NCBI GenBank assembly: GCA_963806205.1
Contig: CAWDXF010000004.1
Location: 202,109-266,108, forward strand
From: an uncultured Microthrixaceae bacterium
Lineage (GTDB): Bacteria; Actinomycetota; Acidimicrobiia; Acidimicrobiales; VFJN01
Length of the DNA stretch: 64,000 bases
Reading direction: 5' to 3'
Part shown: positions 32,543-41,411 of the stretch, one piece after another
How the letters are laid out: each line of letters opens with the position of its first letter
How positions within the stretch are numbered: the stretch's first letter is position 1
Notes under the pieces: generated by a model
What the model was told of the DNA's origin: nothing
What the model saw: only the letters and a program-made list of their open reading frames with translations
Databases searched by the model: none
Translations under genes and position numbers: made by a program

Positions 32543-32606
32543 ACCCCGCGAACCCGTCGACCTTTGTCAGCGTTCCCGTTGACAATGGTCGACGAGTTCG
32601 CGGGGT
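32543..32606. terminator. Long imperfect palindrome (30-bp arms) between convergent genes; bidirectional terminator or REP-like element
   Basis: ACCCCGCGAACCCGTCGACCTTTGTCAGCG-ttcc-CGTTGACAATGGTCGACGAGTTCGCGGGGT; 27/30 Watson-Crick pairs. Confidence 0.75.
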
Positions 32607-33631
32607 CAGGGGATCGGTGCGGGCGGGGGCTCGGCGACCTGAGCGGTCGTCGACGTGGTGTCCGGCACGGTGGTGTCCGGGACGGTCGTATCGGTCGTAG
32701 GCGGGCCCGGGACCGTGCGGATCGGAGCCACGGTGACCGGGGTCGTGGGCGGTGACGTCGCCGGCGTGGTGGCCTTCGTCGTGGCCGTCGACGCCTTGCG
32801 GGTCGTCCGCGTCGTCGCTGGCGTGGTGTCCGGCGTGGTGACCTCGCTGGACGGCGTCACGGTCTCGTCGGGCGTGAGGATCTGCGTGCTCGACCGGGTC
32901 GTCGTGGTGATCTCCACGGCCGGCAGCTGCCCGTCGTCGGCGTCGTCCTTCGAGCGATCGGGCACGAACCACAGCGCGGCGCCTGCGACGAGCACGACGG
33001 CGCCGGCCCAGCTCAGGACGCGGGCGTTGCGCCGGCGCTTGCCGATGCCGTCGTCGACCTGCTCGACCGGAGCCGTGGCCGGGTCCACCGTGCGCGCTGC
33101 CCACAGCACCGAGCCGTCGGCGGGTGCGATCGTGGGCGGCGCGGCGTGGAACTCGGCCAGCAGCGGCGCCGCGGCGGGCACGTCGACGCGATCAGCGGCG
33201 CTGGGAGCACCCTGGCGCACGGTCTCGCGCCCGACCGGGATGGTCAGCAGGTCGAGCACGTGGTCGGCCTTGTCGGCGGCGTCGCGCTCGGACTCCGGCT
33301 TTGCGAAGGGCTCGTCGTCCCGCGTGGGCAGGAACGCCTCGGACGACAGCCCGACGTAGCCCTCGGGCAGCACGGGGATGACCGGACCGCCGTCGGGCCG
33401 ACCGGCGAGGAGCTGCTCCCACTTCGCGACCTCGGACAGCGACTTCTCGAGCTCGCCGAGCGCGTCGACCACCTCGGGCCGGATCGTGCCGGTGCCGCCG
33501 CGCGCTCGGGCTCGGATGCGGGGGCCGCTGCCGGAGTCCTGCGGGGGCTTGCTCACTGGCGTGGAGAACCTCGTGCTCGGGGGCGCGTGCGGCGGACGGC
33601 TGCGTCGGACGACGGTCGTCTGCCGGCTCAA
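32606..33631 (-). CDS. Single-pass membrane protein with a Thr/Pro-rich C-terminal tail
   Basis: KRRR followed by TM VLSWAGAVVLVAGAALWFV and TTPDTT/TTVPDTT repeats; true start may be downstream. Confidence 0.7.
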   Translation of the reverse strand: MSRQTTVVRRSRPPHAPPSTRFSTPVSKPPQDSGSGPRIRARARGGTGTIRPEVVDALGELEKSLSEVAKWEQLLAGRPDGGPVIPVLPEGYVGLSSEAFLPTRDDEPFAKPESERDAADKADHVLDLLTIPVGRETVRQGAPSAADRVDVPAAAPLLAEFHAAPPTIAPADGSVLWAARTVDPATAPVEQVDDGIGKRRRNARVLSWAGAVVLVAGAALWFVPDRSKDDADDGQLPAVEITTTTRSSTQILTPDETVTPSSEVTTPDTTPATTRTTRKASTATTKATTPATSPPTTPVTVAPIRTVPGPPTTDTTVPDTTVPDTTSTTAQVAEPPPAPIP

Positions 33632-33752
33632 GACAGTATTGCGCCCCCGGCCGCGCGGGCGGCATCGTGGCTCGTTCCCATGTGAAGGGGGCTAGCCTGC
33701 TGGCTCCACGCCGTCGCCGGGCGACGGCGCCGTCACCCACCGAGGACCACCG

Positions 33753-34997
33753 ATGCGGTTCGAAGATCAACCGGCGAGCGGCGAGAAGCCGGCGTCCGCC
33801 GAGACCGAGCCGGCGGGTCGGCCCCGCCGTCGCACCCCTCGTTCCTGGTCCACCCCGGCCACCGGCGAGCGGTTCGACCGTCCCATCAGCGACGAGGACT
33901 GGGCCAAGGAGGCCGCCGCGGATCCGCAGGCCCGTCCGTCCACACCCCGCGCGCGGCGCGCCGCGGAGCCGCCCCCGCCCCCTCCGCCCGGTCCCGACCT
34001 CGGGACGCTCAGCCCGCTGCTGGCCGACCTGCGGGCCGAGCTGGGCCAGCTCCGCGCGGCCCTCGAGGCAGGCGTGGGCGATCGCGACACGTCGCTGGTC
34101 ACGGGCGCCGAGCTGGCCGCGAGCATCGAGGCGCTCGGCGCGTCCCTCGGCAGCGGCATCGCCAACCTGCTGACCGAGCACCGCAACCTGCTGGCGCGCG
34201 ACATCGAGGGCGCGGCCGTGCGCATCCTCGAGGAGATCACGCAGCGGGTGCGGGCCACCGGCACGCAGATCGTGGACGGCGTCGAGGAGCGCGTCCGCCA
34301 CGTGAACGTGAAGGGCCTCGGCGACGTGGTCGACCAGATCGACCTGCGCCTCGACCAGCTGCAGACCGACATGACGGGCCTGCGCGCGGTCATGCTCGAG
34401 ATCCCCGATCAGACCTCGGTCGTGGAGCGCCTCGACCACCTGACCGAGTCGGTCGGCTCCGGGGGCGGCGGCCGCGGCCGCGACGCGAACCGCCTCACGC
34501 CGGCGATGAGCGCGGCCATCGAGCGCAGCGTGTCCGGCCCGCTCGAGCGGGTGGAGGCGAACCTGGACTCGCTGAGCGAGACGGTCCGCGAGCTGCTCGA
34601 CGAGCGGCTGCCCGAGGATCTCGCCGAGGCGGTGGCGGGCGCGGGGGGTGGCGACGGGTCGTTCCCGAGCGCGGCCGTCCTCGAGTCCCTCACCAACGAG
34701 ATGACCGCGCTGCGGCGCCGGATCTCGATCCGCACCGACGCCCGCGGCGAGGCGGTGGAGCTGTCCGATCGGCAGCTCGACGACCTGGCCGACCGCATCG
34801 TCGCCCGCATGGGCGACGCCGAGGCGCCCCGCCCCGCGAAGGCCGCGAAGGCCGCCAAGGCTGCGATCCGGATCGAGGAGGACGTCGAGGACGCCGAAGA
34901 CGCGGAGGAGGCGGACGCCGACGTGAAGGTGCCCCGTCGGGTGGCCCGCAAGGCGAGCAAGGCCACCGCGGCCAAGCGCGCGTCCAAGCGGCGCTGA
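33753..34997 (+). CDS. Coiled-coil hypothetical protein with a Lys/Ala-rich C-terminus
   Basis: Long helical heptads; AKAAKAAKA, an acidic patch, and ARKASKATAAKRASKRR. Confidence 0.75.
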   Translation: MRFEDQPASGEKPASAETEPAGRPRRRTPRSWSTPATGERFDRPISDEDWAKEAAADPQARPSTPRARRAAEPPPPPPPGPDLGTLSPLLADLRAELGQLRAALEAGVGDRDTSLVTGAELAASIEALGASLGSGIANLLTEHRNLLARDIEGAAVRILEEITQRVRATGTQIVDGVEERVRHVNVKGLGDVVDQIDLRLDQLQTDMTGLRAVMLEIPDQTSVVERLDHLTESVGSGGGGRGRDANRLTPAMSAAIERSVSGPLERVEANLDSLSETVRELLDERLPEDLAEAVAGAGGGDGSFPSAAVLESLTNEMTALRRRISIRTDARGEAVELSDRQLDDLADRIVARMGDAEAPRPAKAAKAAKAAIRIEEDVEDAEDAEEADADVKVPRRVARKASKATAAKRASKRR

Positions 34998-35056
34998 TCA
35001 TCCTTTCTGGGCTGCCGGGGAGGAGTCGAGGGGCTCGGGGTGGAAGCAGTCACCTC

Positions 35057-35446
35057 ATGACCCAGACCGCGACCCAGACCCTGCCCGTGCCCCCCGGTCC
35101 TCTCGCCCGGTTCGACGCCGCCGCCACGATCGAGGACGGGGACCTCGACCAGCTCCGCACGATCGCCGTCGTCGGCATCGTGATCCTGAACCTGCTCGAC
35201 CTGCTGATCACCCGGCACGTGCTCGCGCTGGGCCTGGGCCAGGAGGCGAACCCGCTCATGGCGCCGTTGGTCGAGAGCAGCTGGGGGGTCCTGGTCAAGG
35301 CGGCGCTGCCGATCCTCATCGGTCTCCGCCACCTCCGGGCCCCGATCCGCCGGCCGCTCGTGCTCGCGCTGTGCTGGGTGTGCGTCGTCTACCTGGGCGT
35401 CGTGACCTGGAACTACCACCTGGTCACCCAGGCCGGGTTGCTCTAG
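35057..35446 (+). CDS. DUF5658-like small membrane protein
   Basis: LNLLDLLIT...GQEANPLM...LVK, ending WN. Confidence 0.75.
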   Translation: MTQTATQTLPVPPGPLARFDAAATIEDGDLDQLRTIAVVGIVILNLLDLLITRHVLALGLGQEANPLMAPLVESSWGVLVKAALPILIGLRHLRAPIRRPLVLALCWVCVVYLGVVTWNYHLVTQAGLL

Positions 35447-35483
35447 ACGCGCCCGCATCGTCCGCCTCGGGCAGGATGACCCG

Positions 35484-35975
35484 GTGCCGGGCCGGACCGA
35501 GACCGACGACGTCATGGCCCTGGGCCGGCTCCAGGCCCGCTACGCCGACGTGGTGACCCGGCGGGCCTGGGCCGAGCTGACCGAGCTGTTCCTCCCGGAC
35601 ACCGCCGTCCACCTGGACACGGTCACCCGGCCGCCCCGAACGCTCGTCGGGCCGGACGCCTTCGGGGCCTTCGTGGCCGAGGCCATGGGCCGCTTCGACC
35701 ACTTCACCTTCGTGATCCTCAACTCCGTGGTGGAGCTCGACCCCGCCCCCGCCGGGGATCCGCCCACCGGGGCCCGGGGCCGCATCTTCATGGTGGAGGT
35801 GCGCCACGACCGCCCCAGCGAGACCTGGCAGCACGCCCACGGCGTCTACCAGGACCGCTACACCCACCAGGACGGGCGCTGGTGGTTCGCGGAGCGGCAC
35901 TACCGGTCCATGGCCCGGACCGGGCCCGCCGAGGAGATCCTGGGGCTGCCGCCGGATCTGCCGCCCCTCGGCTGA
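35484..35975 (+). CDS. SnoaL-like/NTF2 family protein
   Basis: LQARYAD...W..LFLPD; GVYQDRY...GRWWFAER. Confidence 0.85.
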   Translation: MPGRTETDDVMALGRLQARYADVVTRRAWAELTELFLPDTAVHLDTVTRPPRTLVGPDAFGAFVAEAMGRFDHFTFVILNSVVELDPAPAGDPPTGARGRIFMVEVRHDRPSETWQHAHGVYQDRYTHQDGRWWFAERHYRSMARTGPAEEILGLPPDLPPLG

Positions 35976-36027
35976 GCCGATCCGTCTCCCGAGCGGGCCC
36001 CTGGGGGGCTGGGTAGCCTCCGCGGCC

Positions 36028-36195
36028 ATGACGGTGGCCGAGTGCCCCTTCACCACCTGTCACGGGCACATCGTGCTGGAGGCGCACGACCCCGAGACCG
36101 GCGAGCCGCTGGGCGTCTGCGACGTGTGCGGCACCACCCTGCGGTACCGCAAGGGCCACTGGATGAGCCGGGACGAGCCCTACCTCGACCCGTGA
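36028..36195 (+). CDS. 55-aa zinc-ribbon-like protein (absent from the ORF track)
   Basis: Hand translation: MTVAECPFTTCHGHIVLEAHDPETGEPLGVCDVCGTTLRYRKGHWMSRDEPYLDP*; nearly all codons end in G/C. Confidence 0.7.
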   Translation: MTVAECPFTTCHGHIVLEAHDPETGEPLGVCDVCGTTLRYRKGHWMSRDEPYLDP

Positions 36196-36199
36196 CGGC

Positions 36200-36952
36200 C
36201 TAGAGGCGGGCGACCACCTTCTGCAGCGCGTCGAGCGCGACCGCCCGGTCGCTCCCATCCCCTGACACGGAGGCGATCGTCGCCACCCGGGCCCCGACCC
36301 GCGCCACCAGGAAGCGGCCGTCGATCGCCCCGGCCTCCGTCGTCGCGCTCAGGTCCGCCGCCAGCGACTCCTCGCCCACGCCCGGTGAGCCGGATCGCGC
36401 GAGGCGGTAGGTGCGCCCGTCACGCTTGTAGGTGCCGCAGGCCTCGATCGCGTCAGCGATCGCGTCGACGTAGGCGGCGGCCTCGCCCGCGTCGGAGAAC
36501 TCGGCGACCGCGTTGCTGATCGCCCCGCCCGGGCCCTCGGCCTGGAACGCGACCTGTGCGAGGTCCTGGGGGACCACCTCGTCGGAGGGATCGTGACCAG
36601 GGCACACCTCGCTGGAGCCCTTCTCGCCGGACGTGATCTGGTTCCACCCGGCGGGGAGATCCCCAGCGGCGAGCACCAAGCGGGCCAACCCGGCGGGCGG
36701 CGCGGTGGTCCCCCTGTCCCCGTCGTCGCCGCCGCCGTCGTCCTCGCCGCCGTCGTCGGCATCCGGCGCGGCCGTGGTGCTCGTGGAGCTCGCCTGCTGG
36801 CGGAGGACGCGGTCCTGCAGCTCCGTCGCGAGCTTGGTGCCCACGTCGTCCTTGTCCTCACGGACGGCGACGACGAGCAGCGCGGCGATCGCCGCGACGA
36901 TCAGGGGGAGGAAGCGGCGCCAGATCGTCCTGGGCGCGAGGGGTTCTCTCAT
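36200..36952 (-). CDS. Membrane-anchored protein with a PknH-like extracellular sensor domain
   Basis: N-terminal TM, low-complexity linker, L..GDLPAGW, two Cys, GVGEESLA, RVGARVATI. Confidence 0.6.
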   Translation of the reverse strand: MREPLAPRTIWRRFLPLIVAAIAALLVVAVREDKDDVGTKLATELQDRVLRQQASSTSTTAAPDADDGGEDDGGGDDGDRGTTAPPAGLARLVLAAGDLPAGWNQITSGEKGSSEVCPGHDPSDEVVPQDLAQVAFQAEGPGGAISNAVAEFSDAGEAAAYVDAIADAIEACGTYKRDGRTYRLARSGSPGVGEESLAADLSATTEAGAIDGRFLVARVGARVATIASVSGDGSDRAVALDALQKVVARL

Positions 36953-37013
36953 CGGCTCGGAGGTGGAGTGCGCCGCCCGCCCGAGATCGGACGGGCGGCG
37001 CCTTCCTCAGTGC

Positions 37014-38468
37014 TCAGTCTCCGAAGAGCCGGCGCCGGCGTCGGTCGAGGCCCTCGGCTTCGACCTGCAGGCCGCGACCCGTGGCGACCATGCCGAGGCC
37101 GAGGAGGCCGGCGGCGATCGCTGCGGTGGTGCGGCTGTCGGTGCCCGTCTTCGCGAGCGGCGCCTTCTGGATGAGCGGCGCCGCCGACGTGGTCGTGATG
37201 GCCGGGGCCGTCGACGTCGTGCTCGCCGGTGCCGTGGTCGACGTGGTCGTCGCCGCGATCGTCGACGTGGTCGTCGCCGGTGCCGTGGTCGACGTCGTCG
37301 TCGGAGCCGCCGTCGACGTGGTCGTCGCCGCGATGGTCGACGTCGTCGTCGCCGGAGCGGTGGTCGACGTGGTCGTCGCCGGAGCGGTGGTCGACGTGGT
37401 CGTCGCCGGTGCCGTGGTCGACGTGGTCGTCGCCGGTGCCGTGGACGTCGTGGTCGGTGCCGCCGTCGTCGTCGGTGCCGCCGTGGTCGACGTCGTCGGA
37501 GCGGTCGTGCTCGTCGTGGTCGTGTCCGCGATCACCCGGGAGGTGTTCGGGCCACAGCTGACCTGGCCGGCCTTGACATCGGCGAGACCGCCGGGCGCCG
37601 CCGTGCCGAGGACGGTCAGGTGGAGGGCGGTGATGTCGAGCCGGCCAGCGGTGGTCGACTGCTCGTTGGCCCGGATGTCGAGGATGCCCGCGAGCAGCCC
37701 GCCCAGCACGTCCGAGTTGGGTGCCGAGCCGATGGGGATGCTCAGGACCTGGATGAACACGGGCGGGAGGAACGGCAGGATCGGCGGGACCGCCGTCTCC
37801 ACCACGATGTGCGCGACGTTGCTCGAACCCGTGGTGCTCGGCGGGACCGGCGGCACGGCGAGCGGATCGCCGGCACTCGCGGTGCACTGCGCGATCACGC
37901 CGTCGATGCGGATGCGGAACAGGCTCAGCAGGCCCGTGAGGTTGATCACGATGCCGCCGGGCCCCTGCGGGTCGGCGACGAGGCAGGGCTGCGGCGACGC
38001 GTCGACCGACACCTGCCCGCCCGGACCGACCAGTGCGGCGCAGGCGCGCGAGAAGCCGGTGTCGTTGACGGCCGCATCCTGTGCGATCACGCCCGCGGAC
38101 AACCCGACCGAGATCGTGTTGGTCGAACCGAGGATCGGGATGTCGATCAGGTCACCGACCTCGGGGCCGGTGCGGCACTGCGTCGGTGACGTCAGCGCGA
38201 TGCAGTCCGGGAAGCCGTCACCGTTCGGGATCGTCGGGTAGACGGCGGTGCCAGGCGTGCGGTCGGTGTCCGCCAGGCGTTGCGCGGTCTGCTCGCCCAG
38301 GATCTCGGAGCCGCCGAGTCGAACCTCGAGTCCCCGGCCTCGAGCTTGCGCGGTGTACTCCGCTGTCGCACCGGACGCTTGTCCTGGTGTGAGGCCCAAC
38401 ACGAGCGAGAGCGCCACGAGGGTCGCTCCGGTGATCGTGAACAGCCTCGACCATTGGGGCTTGGTCAA
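37014..38468 (-). CDS. Sortase-anchored surface protein (LAKTG) with a Cys-containing beta-rich domain and a Thr-rich stalk
   Basis: Signal peptide, stalk repeats, PLAKTG + TM + RRRRR tail; TTG start with AAGGAG RBS. Confidence 0.85.
   Translation of the reverse strand: MTKPQWSRLFTITGATLVALSLVLGLTPGQASGATAEYTAQARGRGLEVRLGGSEILGEQTAQRLADTDRTPGTAVYPTIPNGDGFPDCIALTSPTQCRTGPEVGDLIDIPILGSTNTISVGLSAGVIAQDAAVNDTGFSRACAALVGPGGQVSVDASPQPCLVADPQGPGGIVINLTGLLSLFRIRIDGVIAQCTASAGDPLAVPPVPPSTTGSSNVAHIVVETAVPPILPFLPPVFIQVLSIPIGSAPNSDVLGGLLAGILDIRANEQSTTAGRLDITALHLTVLGTAAPGGLADVKAGQVSCGPNTSRVIADTTTTSTTAPTTSTTAAPTTTAAPTTTSTAPATTTSTTAPATTTSTTAPATTTSTTAPATTTSTIAATTTSTAAPTTTSTTAPATTTSTIAATTTSTTAPASTTSTAPAITTTSAAPLIQKAPLAKTGTDSRTTAAIAAGLLGLGMVATGRGLQVEAEGLDRRRRRLFGD
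37186..37524 (-). repeat. Coding tandem repeat, mostly 27-nt units (APATTTSTT)
   Basis: About a dozen imperfect copies of gtggtcgacgtggtcgtcgccggtgcc. Confidence 0.9.
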
Positions 38469-38749
38469 CGTGGCTCCTTACGTGCTGCCGGGGGTTGCCG
38501 GGCGGGTGGATGCCACGGATGACACACCCTCTCCCGGTGTCGATTCGCCAGGAACCGTAGCATTTCACCCCCCCTCGGCAATGCACCAGGTCAACAAATG
38601 TTTCCTCGACCCGCGAGCGAACTCAAGGGCCTGTGGACAACCGAAAAATCGGTCGATCGGGAAGTTCGGACTGAGTCCGTCGGCTCATTCCCGTCTGACC
38701 CGCCTCTGAAGCCTCAAGAAGCACCTGACGACGGTCGAAACCCGGGGCC

Positions 38750-39484
38750 ATGGCCGCCCGTCCACCCATCTCGGTCCTCTGCAGCTGGATCGCCACCGTC
38801 GGGATCCTCGCCACCGCCGCCCTGGTCGCTCGTACCCCACGAACCGAACCTCGCACCATCGTGCACTCGGTCCTCCCCACCAGCGCCTCCCTGGTCACGA
38901 CCACCACCACCGCCCCCAGCACGACCACCACCACGACCGCTCCCCCGCCACCGCCGACGACGGTCGCGCCGCCGCCCACCACCGCGCCGCGTCCCACCAC
39001 GACGACCGCGGCGCCGCCCGTCACTGCCGCGCCCGTGTCGGTGGCCCACGACCCGACGCCCGCCGCCACCCCCGAGTACGCGATGTCGGTCCTCGGCGGT
39101 GTGATCCCCACACGATGGCTCGCCGCCGTGCCCGTGCACGTCCTCGTCATCGCGGGATCGACGTCCTACTCGAGCTGGGGCGGGCTCATCGAGATCGGCG
39201 AGTGGCACCTCACGTCCACGCTGGCGCGGGCCCGCAACGTGCTCACCCACGAGTGGGGGCACCACGTCGCCTGGTTGTACGGCACCGACGCCTACAACGG
39301 CGCCCCGCCTGCCGGGTTCCCCTACACCGGTCGCGCGCCGCAGGAGCAGTGGGCCGACTGCGTGGCCGAGACCTTCACTGGCACGTCGTACCCGACCGAT
39401 GGCCTCGGTCCGTGCCCCGGCGACGCGCTCGCCTTCACCGCGTCGTTCTTCGCGTGGGCGCCCGGGCCGCGGCTGCGCGGCTGA
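38750..39484 (+). CDS. Secreted/anchored HEXXH zinc-metallopeptidase-like protein with a Thr/Pro linker
   Basis: N-terminal hydrophobic segment; VLTHEWGHH ... EQWADCVAE. Confidence 0.8.
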   Translation: MAARPPISVLCSWIATVGILATAALVARTPRTEPRTIVHSVLPTSASLVTTTTTAPSTTTTTTAPPPPPTTVAPPPTTAPRPTTTTAAPPVTAAPVSVAHDPTPAATPEYAMSVLGGVIPTRWLAAVPVHVLVIAGSTSYSSWGGLIEIGEWHLTSTLARARNVLTHEWGHHVAWLYGTDAYNGAPPAGFPYTGRAPQEQWADCVAETFTGTSYPTDGLGPCPGDALAFTASFFAWAPGPRLRG

Positions 39485-39588
39485 CCCACGACCTGCCGAA
39501 CCGAGGGTCCCCCACCCGCGCGTCTGCGCGTGGCACCGTTCGGGGAGCGTGGCGGAGTACGAGTACCCGTCAGATGGAGGCGCACCCC

Positions 39589-39810
39589 GTGCACGTCAGG
39601 ATCCCTGCAGCCGCGTTCGCTGCCCTGTTGCTGGTGGCGGGTGCCGTCGGTCTCCTCGGGGCCTGGGCCCTGGCCCTCGGGGTGGTGCTGCTCGTCGGCA
39701 CGAGCGTCGTGACCGTGATCGTGTGGGAGGAGCGCGAGGTCGAGGCGGCCCCGGCGTTCCCTCCCGACCGCGTCGACGAGCTCGTCGCCGCCCACATCGC
39801 CGGCCGCTGA
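39589..39810 (+). CDS. Small two-TM membrane protein
   Basis: GGAGG 8 nt before GTG; hydrophobic hairpin and acidic tail. Confidence 0.65.
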   Translation: MHVRIPAAAFAALLLVAGAVGLLGAWALALGVVLLVGTSVVTVIVWEEREVEAAPAFPPDRVDELVAAHIAGR

Positions 39811-39817
39811 CCGCTCC

Positions 39818-40645
39818 TCAGGTGCCGCGGGGGCGGTAGATCGCCGTGTGCTCGGTGCGGGCCACGGGCCGGTCGCCCGACGGGCCGGCCAGGTGCAGCA
39901 CGTCGAGGGTCACGAACCGGTGGCCCCGGCGCTCGAACTCGTCGGTCACGACCGCCCGGGCCGACACCAGGTCGCCGTCCCGGACCAGGTCGAAGTACCG
40001 GACGTTCGACTCGACGTGGATCCACGGCCCGAGCCGGACGTTGGCCGACAGCACGTAGTTGGCGTCCCGGAGCAGCCAGCCGGGGTGGGCGATGCCGTCC
40101 TCGGCGTACAGCGGGAGGTCCTCCCGCACGTCGGCCAGGTAGGCGGTCGCGTTCTCCGCGTGGAACCCGTGGGGTTCGAGGCCCATCGGCGTGCCCGGTA
40201 CAAGGTGCGCCGGCCTGGCGGCGGGTGGGTCGTCGAGCTGCGCGACCTCCGGCCAGTCGGCCGCCTTGGGCACGTCGACCCGGTCCGGCAGCGCCGCGTC
40301 CGCCTTCGCGCAGATCGTGCCGGACGGGTCGTGCACCTCCAGCGCGCCGGGGCCGCCACCGCGGCTCGGCACCGGCACCACCTCGGTGCGGTCGCCGTCG
40401 TAGACCGGCTCGAGGAACCGCGCCCGCAGCGTGCCGTGCTCGAGCCAGTCGCGTCCCCACGCCGCGACCGGTGGGTGCGTGAGGTACGCGTACACGTCGA
40501 CGCCCGGCACCAGGCCGCCGCGGAAGCCGAGCTGCTGCGCGACCGCGTCGTCGTGGATCCGGTTGGCGGACGCGGTCGCGGTGTTGAACGCCACCAGCGA
40601 GTGCGCCCGCAGGGCCGGCAGGTCGCCGCGCTCCCCCAGGTCCAC
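39818..40645 (-). CDS. Double hot-dog fold (MaoC-like) protein
   Basis: NRIHDDAVAQQLGFRGGLVPGV, ARFLEPVYDGD, LGPWIHVES. Confidence 0.75.
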   Translation of the reverse strand: MDLGERGDLPALRAHSLVAFNTATASANRIHDDAVAQQLGFRGGLVPGVDVYAYLTHPPVAAWGRDWLEHGTLRARFLEPVYDGDRTEVVPVPSRGGGPGALEVHDPSGTICAKADAALPDRVDVPKAADWPEVAQLDDPPAARPAHLVPGTPMGLEPHGFHAENATAYLADVREDLPLYAEDGIAHPGWLLRDANYVLSANVRLGPWIHVESNVRYFDLVRDGDLVSARAVVTDEFERRGHRFVTLDVLHLAGPSGDRPVARTEHTAIYRPRGT

Positions 40646-40701
40646 GCGCGCGACCCTACGCGTCAGCAGCAACCGTGGGAGCAGAGGTGCAGGATGGAGG
40701 G

Positions 40702-41397
40702 ATGCCCGACGATTCGCTCCTCGAGGGACTCGACCCCCACGACGCATGGGACCGGGAGGCCGCCCGCATCGAGGCCCACCTGGCCGGCCAGGCCGACGAC
40801 GACCCGGCGTGGGCGCGGCCGTCGCGGTGCGCGGGCTGGTCGGTACGGGACGTCCTCGCGCACCTGCTCGCCGGGGAGGACTACCACGCCGCGTGCCTGG
40901 CCGGTGGGGTCGAGGAGTTCCTCGGTTCCCTCTCGGCGCGCGGCGCCACCGATCTGGCCGGCTTCAACGACCTCGGGATCCGGGCCCTGGCCGATCGGAG
41001 CCCGTCGCAGCTGCTCGAGGTCTGGCGCACCCGCGATGCCCAGAGCCGCGAGGGCTTCCGGTCCCGTGGCGACGGCACGGTCGACACGAGCGTGGGCGAC
41101 TACCCGGCTCGCTGGCAGGCCTTCCACGTCGCCACCGAGCTGGCCGTGCACGCGGACGACATCGCGGTGCCCGACGACGCTTCCGACCGCGCCGTACGGC
41201 GGGCTTGGCGCCTGCCCTTCGCGCGCTTCGCGCTGAACGAGGTGCACACCGAGCTGTCGGCCGAGGTCACGAGCCCCGGTCGTGTACGCGTCCAGGGTGA
41301 CGGCCTCGACGTCGAGCTGGATGACGACACCTTCCTCCTGGCGGTCGACGGCCGCAGCGACGACCCCGCGCTGGCCCGCCTGTCGACCTCCGGCTAG
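40702..41397 (+). CDS. Maleylpyruvate isomerase family mycothiol-dependent enzyme
   Basis: W.RPSRCAGWSVRDVLAHL; ELAVHADD. Confidence 0.88.
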   Translation: MPDDSLLEGLDPHDAWDREAARIEAHLAGQADDDPAWARPSRCAGWSVRDVLAHLLAGEDYHAACLAGGVEEFLGSLSARGATDLAGFNDLGIRALADRSPSQLLEVWRTRDAQSREGFRSRGDGTVDTSVGDYPARWQAFHVATELAVHADDIAVPDDASDRAVRRAWRLPFARFALNEVHTELSAEVTSPGRVRVQGDGLDVELDDDTFLLAVDGRSDDPALARLSTSG

Positions 41398-41411
41398 GTC
41401 GGGCTCCCGGC

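Noticed and set aside
37186..37524. Regular ~27-nt repeats resembling a CRISPR array
   Set aside because: No unique spacers, unit lengths are multiples of 3, they encode a Thr-rich stalk inside a CDS, and there are no cas genes
38632..38640. TGTGGACAA, a DnaA-box match (TTGTCCACA on the minus strand)
   Set aside because: Single box with no cluster or dnaA/dnaN context, so not an origin
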